A stretch of DNA of 64,000 nt from Polyangiaceae bacterium (lineage in GTDB: Bacteria; Myxococcota_A; Polyangia; Polyangiales; Polyangiaceae): positions 33,219 to 97,218 of the forward strand of contig DATAZL010000054.1 in NCBI GenBank assembly GCA_036272055.1, read 5' to 3'. This document shows, piece by piece, positions 34,272-43,610 of this stretch (positions are counted from its first letter, which is position 1; every line of letters starts with the position of its first letter). The position numbers and the translations under genes are program-made. The notes below the pieces were generated by a model, which saw only the letters and a program-made list of their open reading frames with translations, did no database searches and was not told the origin of the DNA.

Positions 34272-35768
34272 TCACGGATGAGTGCAAATTGACGGCTGGC
34301 CCGCTGCGAACATGGAAATGTCGAAGCAGGACCACCCCGACGGGCAGAGCGACGCGTCCGTCTTGCAACCGGTGACGGTGCAGTAGCCCGTGGTCTGACC
34401 GGGCTGCACGGCGCAGTAGCTCGCCGCACAAGTGCACTCCGTGCTCGTCGCGCCGCCGTTGCACGGCGCACCGAAGCCGTTCGTGTCACCGCCCGGCAGA
34501 CCGCACGCCACAGGGGGCGTCGTACCGGCGTCGGGAGCCGACGACGGCGCGGTCGTCACTGGCGGCGCGGTCGTCACTGGCGGCGCGGTCGACACTGGCG
34601 CCGCGGTCGTCACTGGTGGCGTCGTTGCGGCGGGGACTGCACTGCCGAACGTGAAGACGCAGTTGGCGAGCTGCAGCCCGACGTCCTGGAGCACGGTGAG
34701 ATGGTAGGACGCCCCGGGGCCGAGAGGCGTCGCGGGCGTCGAGGCCGGCACGTCCTGGAACGAACCCGGTGGCGTCGTGCCGAACATGACGCCGCTCGCG
34801 AGCGGCTCCGCGCTCGCAAGGACGTCGAGCTTCCAGAGTGTGCCGTCGGGCTTGTCCAGGTTCGGCGGGACGCCGGGGTTCTTGCTCCCTGCCGCGAGCA
34901 CGTAGACGTAGCGCGCAGAGGTCCCGTTCCAGTGGACGGCACCGCTGGGATCGACGCCCTCGCCGGCGCCGCAGGGGGCCGGGACCGCGACGCTCTCGGT
35001 GTATATGGGACCGCCGAAGGGCGGTACCGCGCGCGCCGCGTCCTCGCTGAGCCCTCGACGGGCGAGCTCGGCGAGGGTGAACGCCTTCATGCGCGCACTG
35101 TCCGTCGAAGGAATGCCGGTCGCCGCGCGATCGAAGCCGTGGTTCGCAGCCGACGGATACGCCCCGAGCACCGACGAATCGGCGAGGCCAGTGAAGAGCG
35201 CGAGCCCCGAATCCGACAAGCTGTCCAGCCAGATCCCATCCAGGCTGATGTCCCACTGCGAAGCGTGGCCCACCGCGCGCGCGTCGTGGCAGCACGCGCA
35301 ACCCGTCGCCTCGATCTGCTGCTTTGCCCACCCGAGCTCGGTCATGAACGCCGCGTCGGAGAGGCGCGGATCCTTCGGATCCGTCGGCTTGGTCGGATCG
35401 GCGGACCAGTACGGGCGCTGGGTGCGCACGACGTCACAAGAGGCATAGTCGGGAAAGTATTTCCCGGGCTCGGTCGCGCCGGAGATCATCACGTGGGTGC
35501 AGACCTTGCCGCCCGGGCCGTCGCCCTTCTGCCCCGTCATCGGTTCGCGACAGTCGTCGAAGGGCGGGATGAAGACGTGGGGCAGGGCGCTCGCCACGCT
35601 GGTGACCGCCTGCACGTCCGCGCGATACGTGATCGCGCCGCCATGCGTCGTGGATCCCGTGGGACCGGCTCCGTTGCCACACGCCACGGCGAACCAGCAG
35701 ACGGCAGCGGAGCCAATGCTACGAGCCAACCGGGGCACTTCGTCACACCAGGTGGAGCTACACGTCAC
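34272..35768 (-). CDS. Hypothetical secreted protein with a CxxCH-type motif, Pro/Thr linker and C-terminal Cys-rich module
   Basis: 498-aa ORF with a candidate lipobox FAVAC, the CACCHD motif, a (PPVTTA)n linker, and the C-terminal TECTCAASYCAVQPG...CKTDASLCPSGWSC. Confidence 0.7.
   Translation of the reverse strand: MTCSSTWCDEVPRLARSIGSAAVCWFAVACGNGAGPTGSTTHGGAITYRADVQAVTSVASALPHVFIPPFDDCREPMTGQKGDGPGGKVCTHVMISGATEPGKYFPDYASCDVVRTQRPYWSADPTKPTDPKDPRLSDAAFMTELGWAKQQIEATGCACCHDARAVGHASQWDISLDGIWLDSLSDSGLALFTGLADSSVLGAYPSAANHGFDRAATGIPSTDSARMKAFTLAELARRGLSEDAARAVPPFGGPIYTESVAVPAPCGAGEGVDPSGAVHWNGTSARYVYVLAAGSKNPGVPPNLDKPDGTLWKLDVLASAEPLASGVMFGTTPPGSFQDVPASTPATPLGPGASYHLTVLQDVGLQLANCVFTFGSAVPAATTPPVTTAAPVSTAPPVTTAPPVTTAPSSAPDAGTTPPVACGLPGGDTNGFGAPCNGGATSTECTCAASYCAVQPGQTTGYCTVTGCKTDASLCPSGWSCFDISMFAAGQPSICTHP
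34546..34622. repeat. 18-bp in-frame tandem repeat x4 (PPVTTA linker)
   Basis: ggcgcggtcgtcactggc iterated with small variations. Confidence 0.75.
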
Positions 35769-35812
35769 GCCGGCTCTGTAGGGGACAAGCCCCGGGCGTC
35801 AAGGACCGGAAG

Positions 35813-38125
35813 TCACGCCGGCGCTCGAACGCGCGTCTCGATGACGGCCGATAGCACTCCGAGTAGCTCGGTCGTCGTCGGGCGCTTTTCGGGCGCCGCC
35901 GAGAGACACGCGTCGACGATGCGCGCGACGGCTTCGGGGAGCTCGGGATACGCCTCGCACAGCGGCAGGTGCGGGAGCGGTTCGCGACCGTCGAGACGGG
36001 CCAGGAGCGGCGCTTCCGGGTGAGGCTGCGCACCGGTGAAGAGGCGATACGCGACGACACCGAACGAGAAGACGTCCACCGCGGGCGTGATCTGCCCGCT
36101 CGTGCGGGCGAGCTCCGGCGCGACGTACGACGGCGTGCCGGAGATGGCGCCGGTCATCGTGAGCTGGGGCGTGCTCGACGCGGACGATTGCCCGGCGTGC
36201 GCTTTGCCGAGCTGGATGTCCGGATCGGTGGCGTCGGGACCGCGCTCCGGCTTCATCCGAAGCCGGACGGTGGCCGGCTCCGGCGTCGCGGACTTCACGA
36301 CTCGCACGCGTCGGGGCGCGACGTCGGCCGGCATGCGGCTGATGCCGAAATCGACGATCCTCGCGCGGGGACCTCGCTCTACGTCGCCGGACAGCAGGAC
36401 GTTACTCGGCTTGAGATCGCGGTGGATGATGCCCTGCGCGTGAATCGCGATGAGGCCGTGAAGGACCTGCACGAGGACGCCGATGCACCACTCGGCATCG
36501 TGCCTGCCTTCGCACTCCGCCAGCGAACAGCCCTCGACGAGCTCCATGACGACGTACACGTAGCCCGCCTTCGCGACGTCGGTGTCGACCACCGAGACGA
36601 CGTTGGGATGACGTACCCGCGCTGCGACCTGCGCCTCCCGCGCGAGCCGCGCCAGATCCATCCCGCGGTTCTGCAGCGTCACCTTGAGTGCCAGCCGTCG
36701 CCCGTCGTGGAGCCGCTCCACCTCGTACACCGTGCCCATGCCGCCCGAACCGAGGGCGCCGATGACACGGTAGCGGTCCTCGACGATGTCTCCCGGCTCG
36801 AGCGGCGCCGCCTGCGCGCTACTCGAGGTCAGAGCCGCGAGGATGGTCGCCGACCGACGGCCCACCTGCTGCCGCAGCTCTTCGTTCAGATCCTCGATCT
36901 CGGCCTGACGATGCTCGAGCTCCGCCAGGCGCCCGGTGAGGTTGGCGTTGAGACGGTCGGCCTCCTGCAGTGTACGGAAGTGACTGCGGCCGAGGAGCAT
37001 CGACTGGAACATCCCGAAGAGACCGAGACCGATGCAGGCCGGACGCGCGCCGCCGAGGATCTCGCCGCGTCCGAGCCATGCGCAGAGGTCCACCCAGGCC
37101 GAACCGCCGAGTGCGACCCAGCAGCAGAGAAAGAACAGGACGATCCGTCGGTCGCCGTAGGTCGACATGAGCCGCACGCCGGTGAAGAGCTGATAGGCGA
37201 TGGCCGCCGCGACGCACACGACGACGCCGGGCGTGCCGTACTCCGAGTTCACGAACGTGCTGAAGATCGCAGGGAGGGGCACCACCAGGGCGATCGCGAG
37301 GAGAACCGGCCAGACCCGACTCGGCGTGCCGCGCTCGAAGAGGGCGTGCGCGTAATAGACGGAAATGATCGGCGCGATGGAGAGGTTCTGCGCGAGCAAG
37401 AGGAGCTCGAAGCGCGAGCCGAGATGCGCCGTCCAGCCGAGCACGTAGGCGGGGTAGTACGAGGCGCTGAGCGCCTGGATCGCGAACCAGAGATAGGCCC
37501 GTCGTCGCGTGTCCCAGAAGTACACCGCGAGGAACATGAACCCCATCTGCGAGAGCCCGATGAGGCCGAACCAGCCGCCGCGATCGTTGAGCAGTCGGTT
37601 CCGCTTCATGAGCGGCGTTTCGGTCCCCGAACGGATCAAGCGGGGAGGAGCATCGAGCCACCCGGCTTGAGTCCACGAATACGTCACCGCGAGCTCGAGG
37701 TTCGTCTTGCCGCTCTCGACGGCCGCGCGCGGAAGACGGAAGCGATGGGGACCGACGTGACGATACGCGGCAGGATCGAGATCGTCCGAGAGAGGCACGT
37801 CCGTTCCGTCGACACGTAGCGCGATGCGAGACGGCAAACTCGGAACGACGAGATCGACGTCCCCGCCGCGCAGCTCCTTCGCGACGGCGACCTCCGTCGA
37901 CAGCCGATAGACGAGCAACTCTCGCGGCAGAGAGTCGTTCAGATGAACGGGGAGCACTATAGTGCGCGCGCGGTCGACGCCGTGAAACGTCCAGACACGC
38001 AGCACCTGACCCTCGTAACCATCACACCCCGCGACGAGTCCGAGGAGCAGAAGGAGGGCGACGACTCGAGCGATCTGCCTCGGCAATTCACTCTCGGAAC
38101 GAGCGTACCAGAATCGCCGGGGCAT
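35813..38125 (-). CDS. Ser/Thr protein kinase with N-terminal 7TM-DISM-type sensor (extracellular domain + 7 TM helices)
   Basis: 770-aa ORF. It has a signal/anchor, an extracellular domain of about 160 aa, 7 hydrophobic helices and a coiled coil (LAELEHRQAEIEDLNEELRQQ). Kinase motifs: GSGGMGTVY, ALK, HRDLKPSNVLL, DFG and SGTPSYVAPE. Confidence 0.9.
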   Translation of the reverse strand: MPRRFWYARSESELPRQIARVVALLLLLGLVAGCDGYEGQVLRVWTFHGVDRARTIVLPVHLNDSLPRELLVYRLSTEVAVAKELRGGDVDLVVPSLPSRIALRVDGTDVPLSDDLDPAAYRHVGPHRFRLPRAAVESGKTNLELAVTYSWTQAGWLDAPPRLIRSGTETPLMKRNRLLNDRGGWFGLIGLSQMGFMFLAVYFWDTRRRAYLWFAIQALSASYYPAYVLGWTAHLGSRFELLLLAQNLSIAPIISVYYAHALFERGTPSRVWPVLLAIALVVPLPAIFSTFVNSEYGTPGVVVCVAAAIAYQLFTGVRLMSTYGDRRIVLFFLCCWVALGGSAWVDLCAWLGRGEILGGARPACIGLGLFGMFQSMLLGRSHFRTLQEADRLNANLTGRLAELEHRQAEIEDLNEELRQQVGRRSATILAALTSSSAQAAPLEPGDIVEDRYRVIGALGSGGMGTVYEVERLHDGRRLALKVTLQNRGMDLARLAREAQVAARVRHPNVVSVVDTDVAKAGYVYVVMELVEGCSLAECEGRHDAEWCIGVLVQVLHGLIAIHAQGIIHRDLKPSNVLLSGDVERGPRARIVDFGISRMPADVAPRRVRVVKSATPEPATVRLRMKPERGPDATDPDIQLGKAHAGQSSASSTPQLTMTGAISGTPSYVAPELARTSGQITPAVDVFSFGVVAYRLFTGAQPHPEAPLLARLDGREPLPHLPLCEAYPELPEAVARIVDACLSAAPEKRPTTTELLGVLSAVIETRVRAPA

Positions 38126-38241
38126 GCCTCGTGTGTGAGCAGATCACAAGTGGTCGGATGTCCGGTGTTGTAGCTCGGGCATTGCTCTCATATAACGAGT
38201 GCGGTTCTGGGGTCGCCGGCTCGGGGAAAAGGTGGGTTTCT

Positions 38242-39668
38242 ATGAAAGCAGTGCGTGTGTTCTGGGGTGTGGTGTTTGCGCAGCAGCTTGCGTTCGCGCA
38301 GGCGGTGTAGCCGCCGGTGTTCGTGGGGCCTCTCGCAGGCCCGCAGGCGGCGTCGAATCCGTCCGGCGTTCATCTGTACGGGACCGATTCCGGCTGGACG
38401 TTCGAGCACGCAGGTCGGCTCGAGACGAGATCCTCTTCGGCGACACCTGGCCAGACGCGAATCTGCCGTGCGAGCCGCCGCCGACCAACGACGACGCGCG
38501 GGGCACGCTCCCGCTCTTCAAGCCGCCCGGCGTCCCGCGGGTGACGTTCGAGACGAAGGCGAACTCGCCGCTCGACTTCGATCCGATACAGCTATTCCGC
38601 GGCTCGACGTCGGTGCCCATGGGCTTCGGGAAGATCCCGGGCACCGGCTTCAGCGACGGACGACGCGCGATCGCCGCGATCGGCACGGCGGATCTCGTGC
38701 GCTGTCAGGGCGGGACGGAATCGGCGCCCGGCACGTGTCCGACGTCGAGCCTCTCCTGCGCAACGACCGTCGGAGAGTGCTCGCCGGTGCTCGCGAACAT
38801 TCCGCTCCTCTGCGACGCGACGACCGGCTCCGGCTGCCTGCAAGGCCAGACCTGCACACAGACGACGGGCTTCTGCGTCGATCCGACGAGCTCGCAGAAC
38901 GACGGCACCTCGTCGAGCGGCCCGTACATGGTGGCGCAGAACATCGACCTCGGCGTGCGGCGTCCGTCTTCGCCGGCGATCTACGACTCGGCGTTCACCT
39001 GGCCGACCAACAAGTTCCGGAACGTGACGTCGCGCACGGTACGGAACTTCACGTTCACCCGACACCTGAACGACTACCGCCCCGGGGACCAGTATCTCTT
39101 CATCTGGGGCCGCCCGGGGTTCTCCGGCGAGCAGGGCCGACAGGCACAGCTCTACCTGATGGCGCAGCGGCTACCGATCCCGACGGATCGTTCCAGACCG
39201 CGATGAGCTATCTGCCGTACCCGATCGACAAGTGGATCATGCTCTACGGTGGCGACGTCCCCGACGTGCTCCTCGTCGATCCGGCGAACTCGCGCAACGT
39301 GCCGAACCCCGGCGCCATCATGATGCGGTTCGCGGAGAACCCCTGGGGCCCGTGGACGCCGGCGGTGCCGTATCTGTCACCGGGAAGCCCCGCCGTGGCC
39401 GGCGATCCTTACGGCCCTGGCGGCTTCCTCTTCCACTATGCGTGCGTCGATCAGGGGAACATGACGTGTGCGCGCACGGCCGCTCGACGTGCTCAATCCG
39501 GAGTGCGGGCCGCCGCCGTTCCCGTTCGACATCGGACGGCTCTACGGCGCGAACGTCATCGACGCCTATACGCGGCCCGACGGAATCGGCGGCCTCGACT
39601 TCTACTGGAACGTCTCCACGTGGAACCCGTACGGCGTCGTGCTCATGAAGAGCAACATCCGTCCCTGA
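38242..39668 (+). pseudogene. Disrupted DUF4185-like (glycoside-hydrolase-like) gene: in-frame TAG plus three frameshifts
   Basis: ATG at 38242 gives the signal-like MKAVRVFWGVVFAQQLAFAQAV, followed by TAG at 38308-38310. LYGTDSGWTFEHAGRLE is in frame 1, ILFGDTW...QLYLMAQRLPIP in frame 0 (stop at 39204), SYLPYPIDKWIMLYGG...ENPWGPWT...FHYACVDQG in frame 2, and LDVLNPECG...YWNVSTWNPYGVVLMKSNIRP back in frame 0. Confidence 0.75.
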
Positions 39669-39698
39669 GCGCCGACCCCGCCGTCACTCCGCGGGAAC

Positions 39699-40100
39699 TC
39701 AGCGCGGGGTGATGGTGTAGTCGAGCGTGTAGTGGTGCTGCCCTTCGACGATCTCGACGTCCATCTTGCCAGCGAGCTCCTTGAGCTCGCCGGTCCCGGA
39801 GTCCGGAACTATGACGATGGAGAGCGATCTCGTTCCGCGGTCCGTCAGCCCGGTCTGCAGCACCACGAAGGTGCCCTGTCGCCCGTCGAGCGTCCCGGTG
39901 ATCCGTTCGACGGCGACGTAGCCGGCGGAGTTGTCCACCGGGGTGCGAGCGGCGAGCATCGTGACCTTGCTCGTGCCGGTGAGCGGCCCCGTGAATTGCT
40001 TCTCGAACGTCGCCCGGCCGAGCGAGACGCCGTCCACCAACTCGAACGGGGGCTCGCCCTGCATCTTCACTTCGAACGTACCTTTTGCGATCATCCGCAT
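39699..40100 (-). CDS. DUF3224-family protein
   Basis: 133-aa ORF: MRMIAKGTFEVKMQGEPPFE...GYVAVERITGTLDGRQGTFVVLQ. Confidence 0.8.
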   Translation of the reverse strand: MRMIAKGTFEVKMQGEPPFELVDGVSLGRATFEKQFTGPLTGTSKVTMLAARTPVDNSAGYVAVERITGTLDGRQGTFVVLQTGLTDRGTRSLSIVIVPDSGTGELKELAGKMDVEIVEGQHHYTLDYTITPR

Positions 40101-40167
40101 CGCCTATCGCAAACCGCCCCACGCGGCATGCGAAAAGCGCACGAACCGCCGCTGACGTACGGAGGGC

Positions 40168-42399
40168 TCAGCGCGGCGTCGGCCGCGCCGCGACATCCGA
40201 CCAGGGACGTTGTCGCGGATTCACGGGCAGGAACGCGGCGTGGTACACGACGGCGCGAGTGGCCGGGTCGTAGAGGACGACCAGGAAGCCGGGCCGTTTC
40301 GAGTCGCCATGTGTACCTCCGACGGTGACCGACGCGTCGGCAGGGCCGGACACGATCAGGAAGTCTTCGATGGGGGGAGGGACGTCGGCCGGGGCGAGGC
40401 GCACGGTCCCACTCCGCGCGATCGCCTCTTTTTGAACCCTGCCTTTGCGGAGCACGGCCGCGTACGCCGTGAGGCTCGCGTCCGCCTCGGGCAGCGCCGA
40501 GCCGCGGTTCCGGAGCAGGTTGACGATGTCGACCGGTGGTCCGCCGCGCCGCGGCGCGCGGTAGGTCACGAACGCGTCGAATCGCTCGAGGGCGAAGACC
40601 CAGTCGTTCACGTGGGTGAGATCGAGATGGACGGTGTCGATCGCGTGTCGCAGATCTTCGGCGGCGTGCGGCGACGCCATCTCGTCGCCCGGATGATGGA
40701 AGATCGCCACCACGTCGGCTCCGGCGAGGCCCTTCAGGAGCTCCGGCTCGTCGAGCGGCGGCGGGCGAGGGCGCTCAGGCACGACGCCGTCGGGTGGCGG
40801 GAATGCGAAGACCCGCGCGTCGTCCCGGAAGAACGGGATGCTCGTGCCGAACGTCCCGCGGTGCGTGTTGTCCGAGACCACGTATTCTACGAGCGGCAGC
40901 GCGCGCGACACGTTCGACTCACCCTCGCAGAGCGGAGGCGACTCGGGGAGCTTCTCGCGACCGTGACGGACAGGCCACACGGTGAACAAGAGAAAAGCGG
41001 GAACCGCGGCCGCAGCGCGAATCCACACCGGCGGGATGGCGACGATCGCAGCCGCGACGGGCCACACCAGTGCGAGTGCCCAGAACGGCCAGAGCAGGCT
41101 CAGATAGCGCGCCCCCATGGAGTGCGCGGAGCCGAGGCCCAGGTTGTACGGGACGGTGACGAGGGCGGCGAAGAGCGGGATGGCGAGCGACGCAGCGGCG
41201 TCCGCGAGCGCCCGGGAAGTGGGCTCGCCCGCCGGCGCCCGGATCGCGCGCACGAGCTGCCAGCACGGGACGAGGACGCACGCGACGAACAGCGCGAGCA
41301 CGACGAGGTTCCATTGCCAGGCGCGATCCGGCGTCGGTACGCCGAAGAAGCCCTCGAGCGTGTGCAGCGTCACCCGCAACCTCAGCCGCACGCCGAGACC
41401 CAGGTCGACCTGCCCGAAGCGGTCGTGATGGACCTGCGCGTAGTGCGCGAAGATGTGCGGATGCAGGACCACCGTGAGCACCTGCGCCCCGAGCAGCGCT
41501 GCCACGAGTTCCTTGAAGCGGGTCGCGGCGAGGGGCGTCGGCTTGCCGAGTTTCGTCGTCACGAGCAGGATCACGCCTAGCCCCGCCGCCACGACGCCCA
41601 CGAAGACGGAGCCGATCACGCCGTACCACTGCGTCACCGTCATGCACGCGAGCACGACGGCCAGGAGCGCCGCGTAGGTTCTCTGCCGCGACTCCGTCGT
41701 GAGCAGTCGATGCACGGTGAGCACCGCGAGCACGCCGAGGCAGCCGAGCAGCTCGTACTGCCGCGCCATGAACGTCGTCTCGAAGGCGACCTCGCTGAAC
41801 GACCACGCCAGCGCCGCCGCGACGCCCGCGAGCCGGCTACGCGTGAGCGTCCTCGTGAGCTCCATCAGCGCCACGAGAGCGACGGCGTGAATGACGATGT
41901 TCAGCTTCCCGCCGGTGGTCGCGCCGAACCCAGTGAGCAGGCCGGCGACGTGCATGAGCCAGAAAAAGAGCGGCGGGTGAATATCGTACTGCGTGAGGTC
42001 GGAGCGGATCCGTCCGAAGCACGCCCATTCCCGCGTCGTCAGGAGCGCCTTCCACGCGCCAGCCGGAACCCACTGATTGGCGAGATCGAGGCGCGCCCGC
42101 TCGTAGTCCCCTTGATGGCACGAGGCCGACATCAACGCGATGACCTCGTCGTGTAGCAAGCAGCTCTTCGACGCGAGAGCGTCGAACCGCACCTCGCACA
42201 CCACCACGACGACCAGAGCGATGCACAGGGGCCAGACGAACCGGCGCCACGCGAATCGATCTAGGAAAGGGGGCCTTGCCCCCGCGGCTCGCTGTCGCGA
42301 CCGCTCCCCCGCCGCCTTCGGCAGCTCGCTTCGCTCGCGTAGTTCCGCATCTTTGATGCCTCGGAAACGAGGGAATCGTCGATGCGGAACTACTGACAT
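40168..42399 (-). CDS. Polytopic membrane glycosyltransferase, GT39/ArnT-like, with a soluble C-terminal domain of about 300 aa; start uncertain
   Basis: About 12 hydrophobic helices and the loop-1 motif YDIHPPLFFWLMHV. The only canonical start that keeps TM1 intact is the ATG at 42399, which lies just past repeat copy B. The ORF stays open up to 42555. Confidence 0.75.
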   Translation of the reverse strand: MSVVPHRRFPRFRGIKDAELRERSELPKAAGERSRQRAAGARPPFLDRFAWRRFVWPLCIALVVVVVCEVRFDALASKSCLLHDEVIALMSASCHQGDYERARLDLANQWVPAGAWKALLTTREWACFGRIRSDLTQYDIHPPLFFWLMHVAGLLTGFGATTGGKLNIVIHAVALVALMELTRTLTRSRLAGVAAALAWSFSEVAFETTFMARQYELLGCLGVLAVLTVHRLLTTESRQRTYAALLAVVLACMTVTQWYGVIGSVFVGVVAAGLGVILLVTTKLGKPTPLAATRFKELVAALLGAQVLTVVLHPHIFAHYAQVHHDRFGQVDLGLGVRLRLRVTLHTLEGFFGVPTPDRAWQWNLVVLALFVACVLVPCWQLVRAIRAPAGEPTSRALADAAASLAIPLFAALVTVPYNLGLGSAHSMGARYLSLLWPFWALALVWPVAAAIVAIPPVWIRAAAAVPAFLLFTVWPVRHGREKLPESPPLCEGESNVSRALPLVEYVVSDNTHRGTFGTSIPFFRDDARVFAFPPPDGVVPERPRPPPLDEPELLKGLAGADVVAIFHHPGDEMASPHAAEDLRHAIDTVHLDLTHVNDWVFALERFDAFVTYRAPRRGGPPVDIVNLLRNRGSALPEADASLTAYAAVLRKGRVQKEAIARSGTVRLAPADVPPPIEDFLIVSGPADASVTVGGTHGDSKRPGFLVVLYDPATRAVVYHAAFLPVNPRQRPWSDVAARPTPR
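42262..42393. repeat. Structured repeat, copy B (overlaps the 5' end of the GT39-like gene)
   Basis: TAGGAAAGGGGGCCTTGCCCCC...CTCCCCCGCCGCCTTCGGCAGCTCGCTTCGCTCGCGTAGTTCCGCATCTTTGATGCCTCGGAAACGAGGGAATCGTC, plus a 13-bp inverted repeat GTAGTTCCGCATC/GATGCGGAACTAC. Confidence 0.8.
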
Positions 42400-42606
42400 C
42401 TTTCTCCTGGCCTGCGCGTGCTTCGTCGGACCCCCGACCCTCGGGGCGCGCGACAGTACCCGATGAAACGCCTCGAATACAGACTGCGTGAAACGGCCAG
42501 TCAGGCCGCTTTCGCCATGATTGCGACCATCCGGCAGGCCCGTTTCGCCCCACAAAGATGGCAGGGCACTTCTGGCGACACGGAGCGACGGTCTTAGATC
42601 TCGAGA

Positions 42607-43491
42607 ATGGCGAGCTCATCCTCGCGGGTTCCCGTTTCGCATCGTCAGCTCTTCGTCGAGGGCGCGGAGACACATGTGGTCGAAGCTGGTCACCCGAACG
42701 GCGAGCACACCCTCCTTCTTTTGCACGGCTGGCCAGAGGACTGGTCGGAGTTCGAGGCGCTGATCGCGCTTTCGTCACCCGAGGTCCACGTCGTCGCGAT
42801 GGATCTGCCCGGGATCGGCGGCTCGAAGACGGCGCTCCCCTCGGGCGAGAAACGGCTCGTGGCGCGCCATGTCCTCGGCGTGATCGACGAGCTCGCGCTC
42901 CGGAACGTCACGGTGGTGGGCCACGACGCGGGCGGGATGATCGCCTACGCCTGTCTCCGGGAATATCCGGAGCGGTTGTCGTCGGTCGTCATCCTGAGCA
43001 CGGTCATCCCGGGCGTCGCGCCCTGGAACGACGTGCTCCGGAATCCGTATATCTGGCACTTCGCATTTCACTCCGTGCCGTCTCTTCCGGAGCACCTCGT
43101 GGCGGGCAAGCAGAAGGAGTACTTCGACTTTTTTTACCGCGCGATCGCGGCCCATCCAGAGCGCATCACGGAGGACGCACGGCGGCGCTACGTGGATGCG
43201 TATTCATCGCCCTCGGCGCTCAAGGCAGGGTTCGACTGGTACCGGGCGTTCGAGGCCGATGCGAACGCGAACGCGGGGAGGCGTGAGTCAGTGCGTACTC
43301 CGCTCCTCTACGTGCGCGGAGCCAGGGAGATGGGAAAGATGGAGGACTACGCCGAGGGCTTGCGTGACGCCGGTATCGTCGAACTGACGACTGCGGTCGT
43401 GCCGGACAGCGGTCATTTCATCCCGGAGGAACAACCAGCCGAGCTGTGGCGTCAGCTGCGCAGCTTCGTAAACTCGCACGGTCACGGCTGA
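42607..43491 (+). CDS. Alpha/beta hydrolase, epoxide-hydrolase/dehalogenase-like
   Basis: 294-aa ORF with LLLLHGWPEDW (HGWP oxyanion motif), the Asp-nucleophile elbow VVGHDAGG, and C-terminal SGHFIPEEQP. Confidence 0.85.
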   Translation: MASSSSRVPVSHRQLFVEGAETHVVEAGHPNGEHTLLLLHGWPEDWSEFEALIALSSPEVHVVAMDLPGIGGSKTALPSGEKRLVARHVLGVIDELALRNVTVVGHDAGGMIAYACLREYPERLSSVVILSTVIPGVAPWNDVLRNPYIWHFAFHSVPSLPEHLVAGKQKEYFDFFYRAIAAHPERITEDARRRYVDAYSSPSALKAGFDWYRAFEADANANAGRRESVRTPLLYVRGAREMGKMEDYAEGLRDAGIVELTTAVVPDSGHFIPEEQPAELWRQLRSFVNSHGHG

Positions 43492-43610
43492 CGTTCTCGA
43501 CGGCCGGATTGTCACGATGCTGCCACGATGCTGGTGACGGCTATTTCGTACTGCTACGAAGTGAGTGCGTTGGAGATGGCGATGTCGCCCGAGTCGCAGG
43601 AGGCCCCTCG

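Noticed and set aside
38199-39712. Two overlapping ORFs (335 aa and 485 aa) as separate genes
   Set aside because: The protein-like segments of the three frames join colinearly into one DUF4185-like protein. I interpret them as a single pseudogene.
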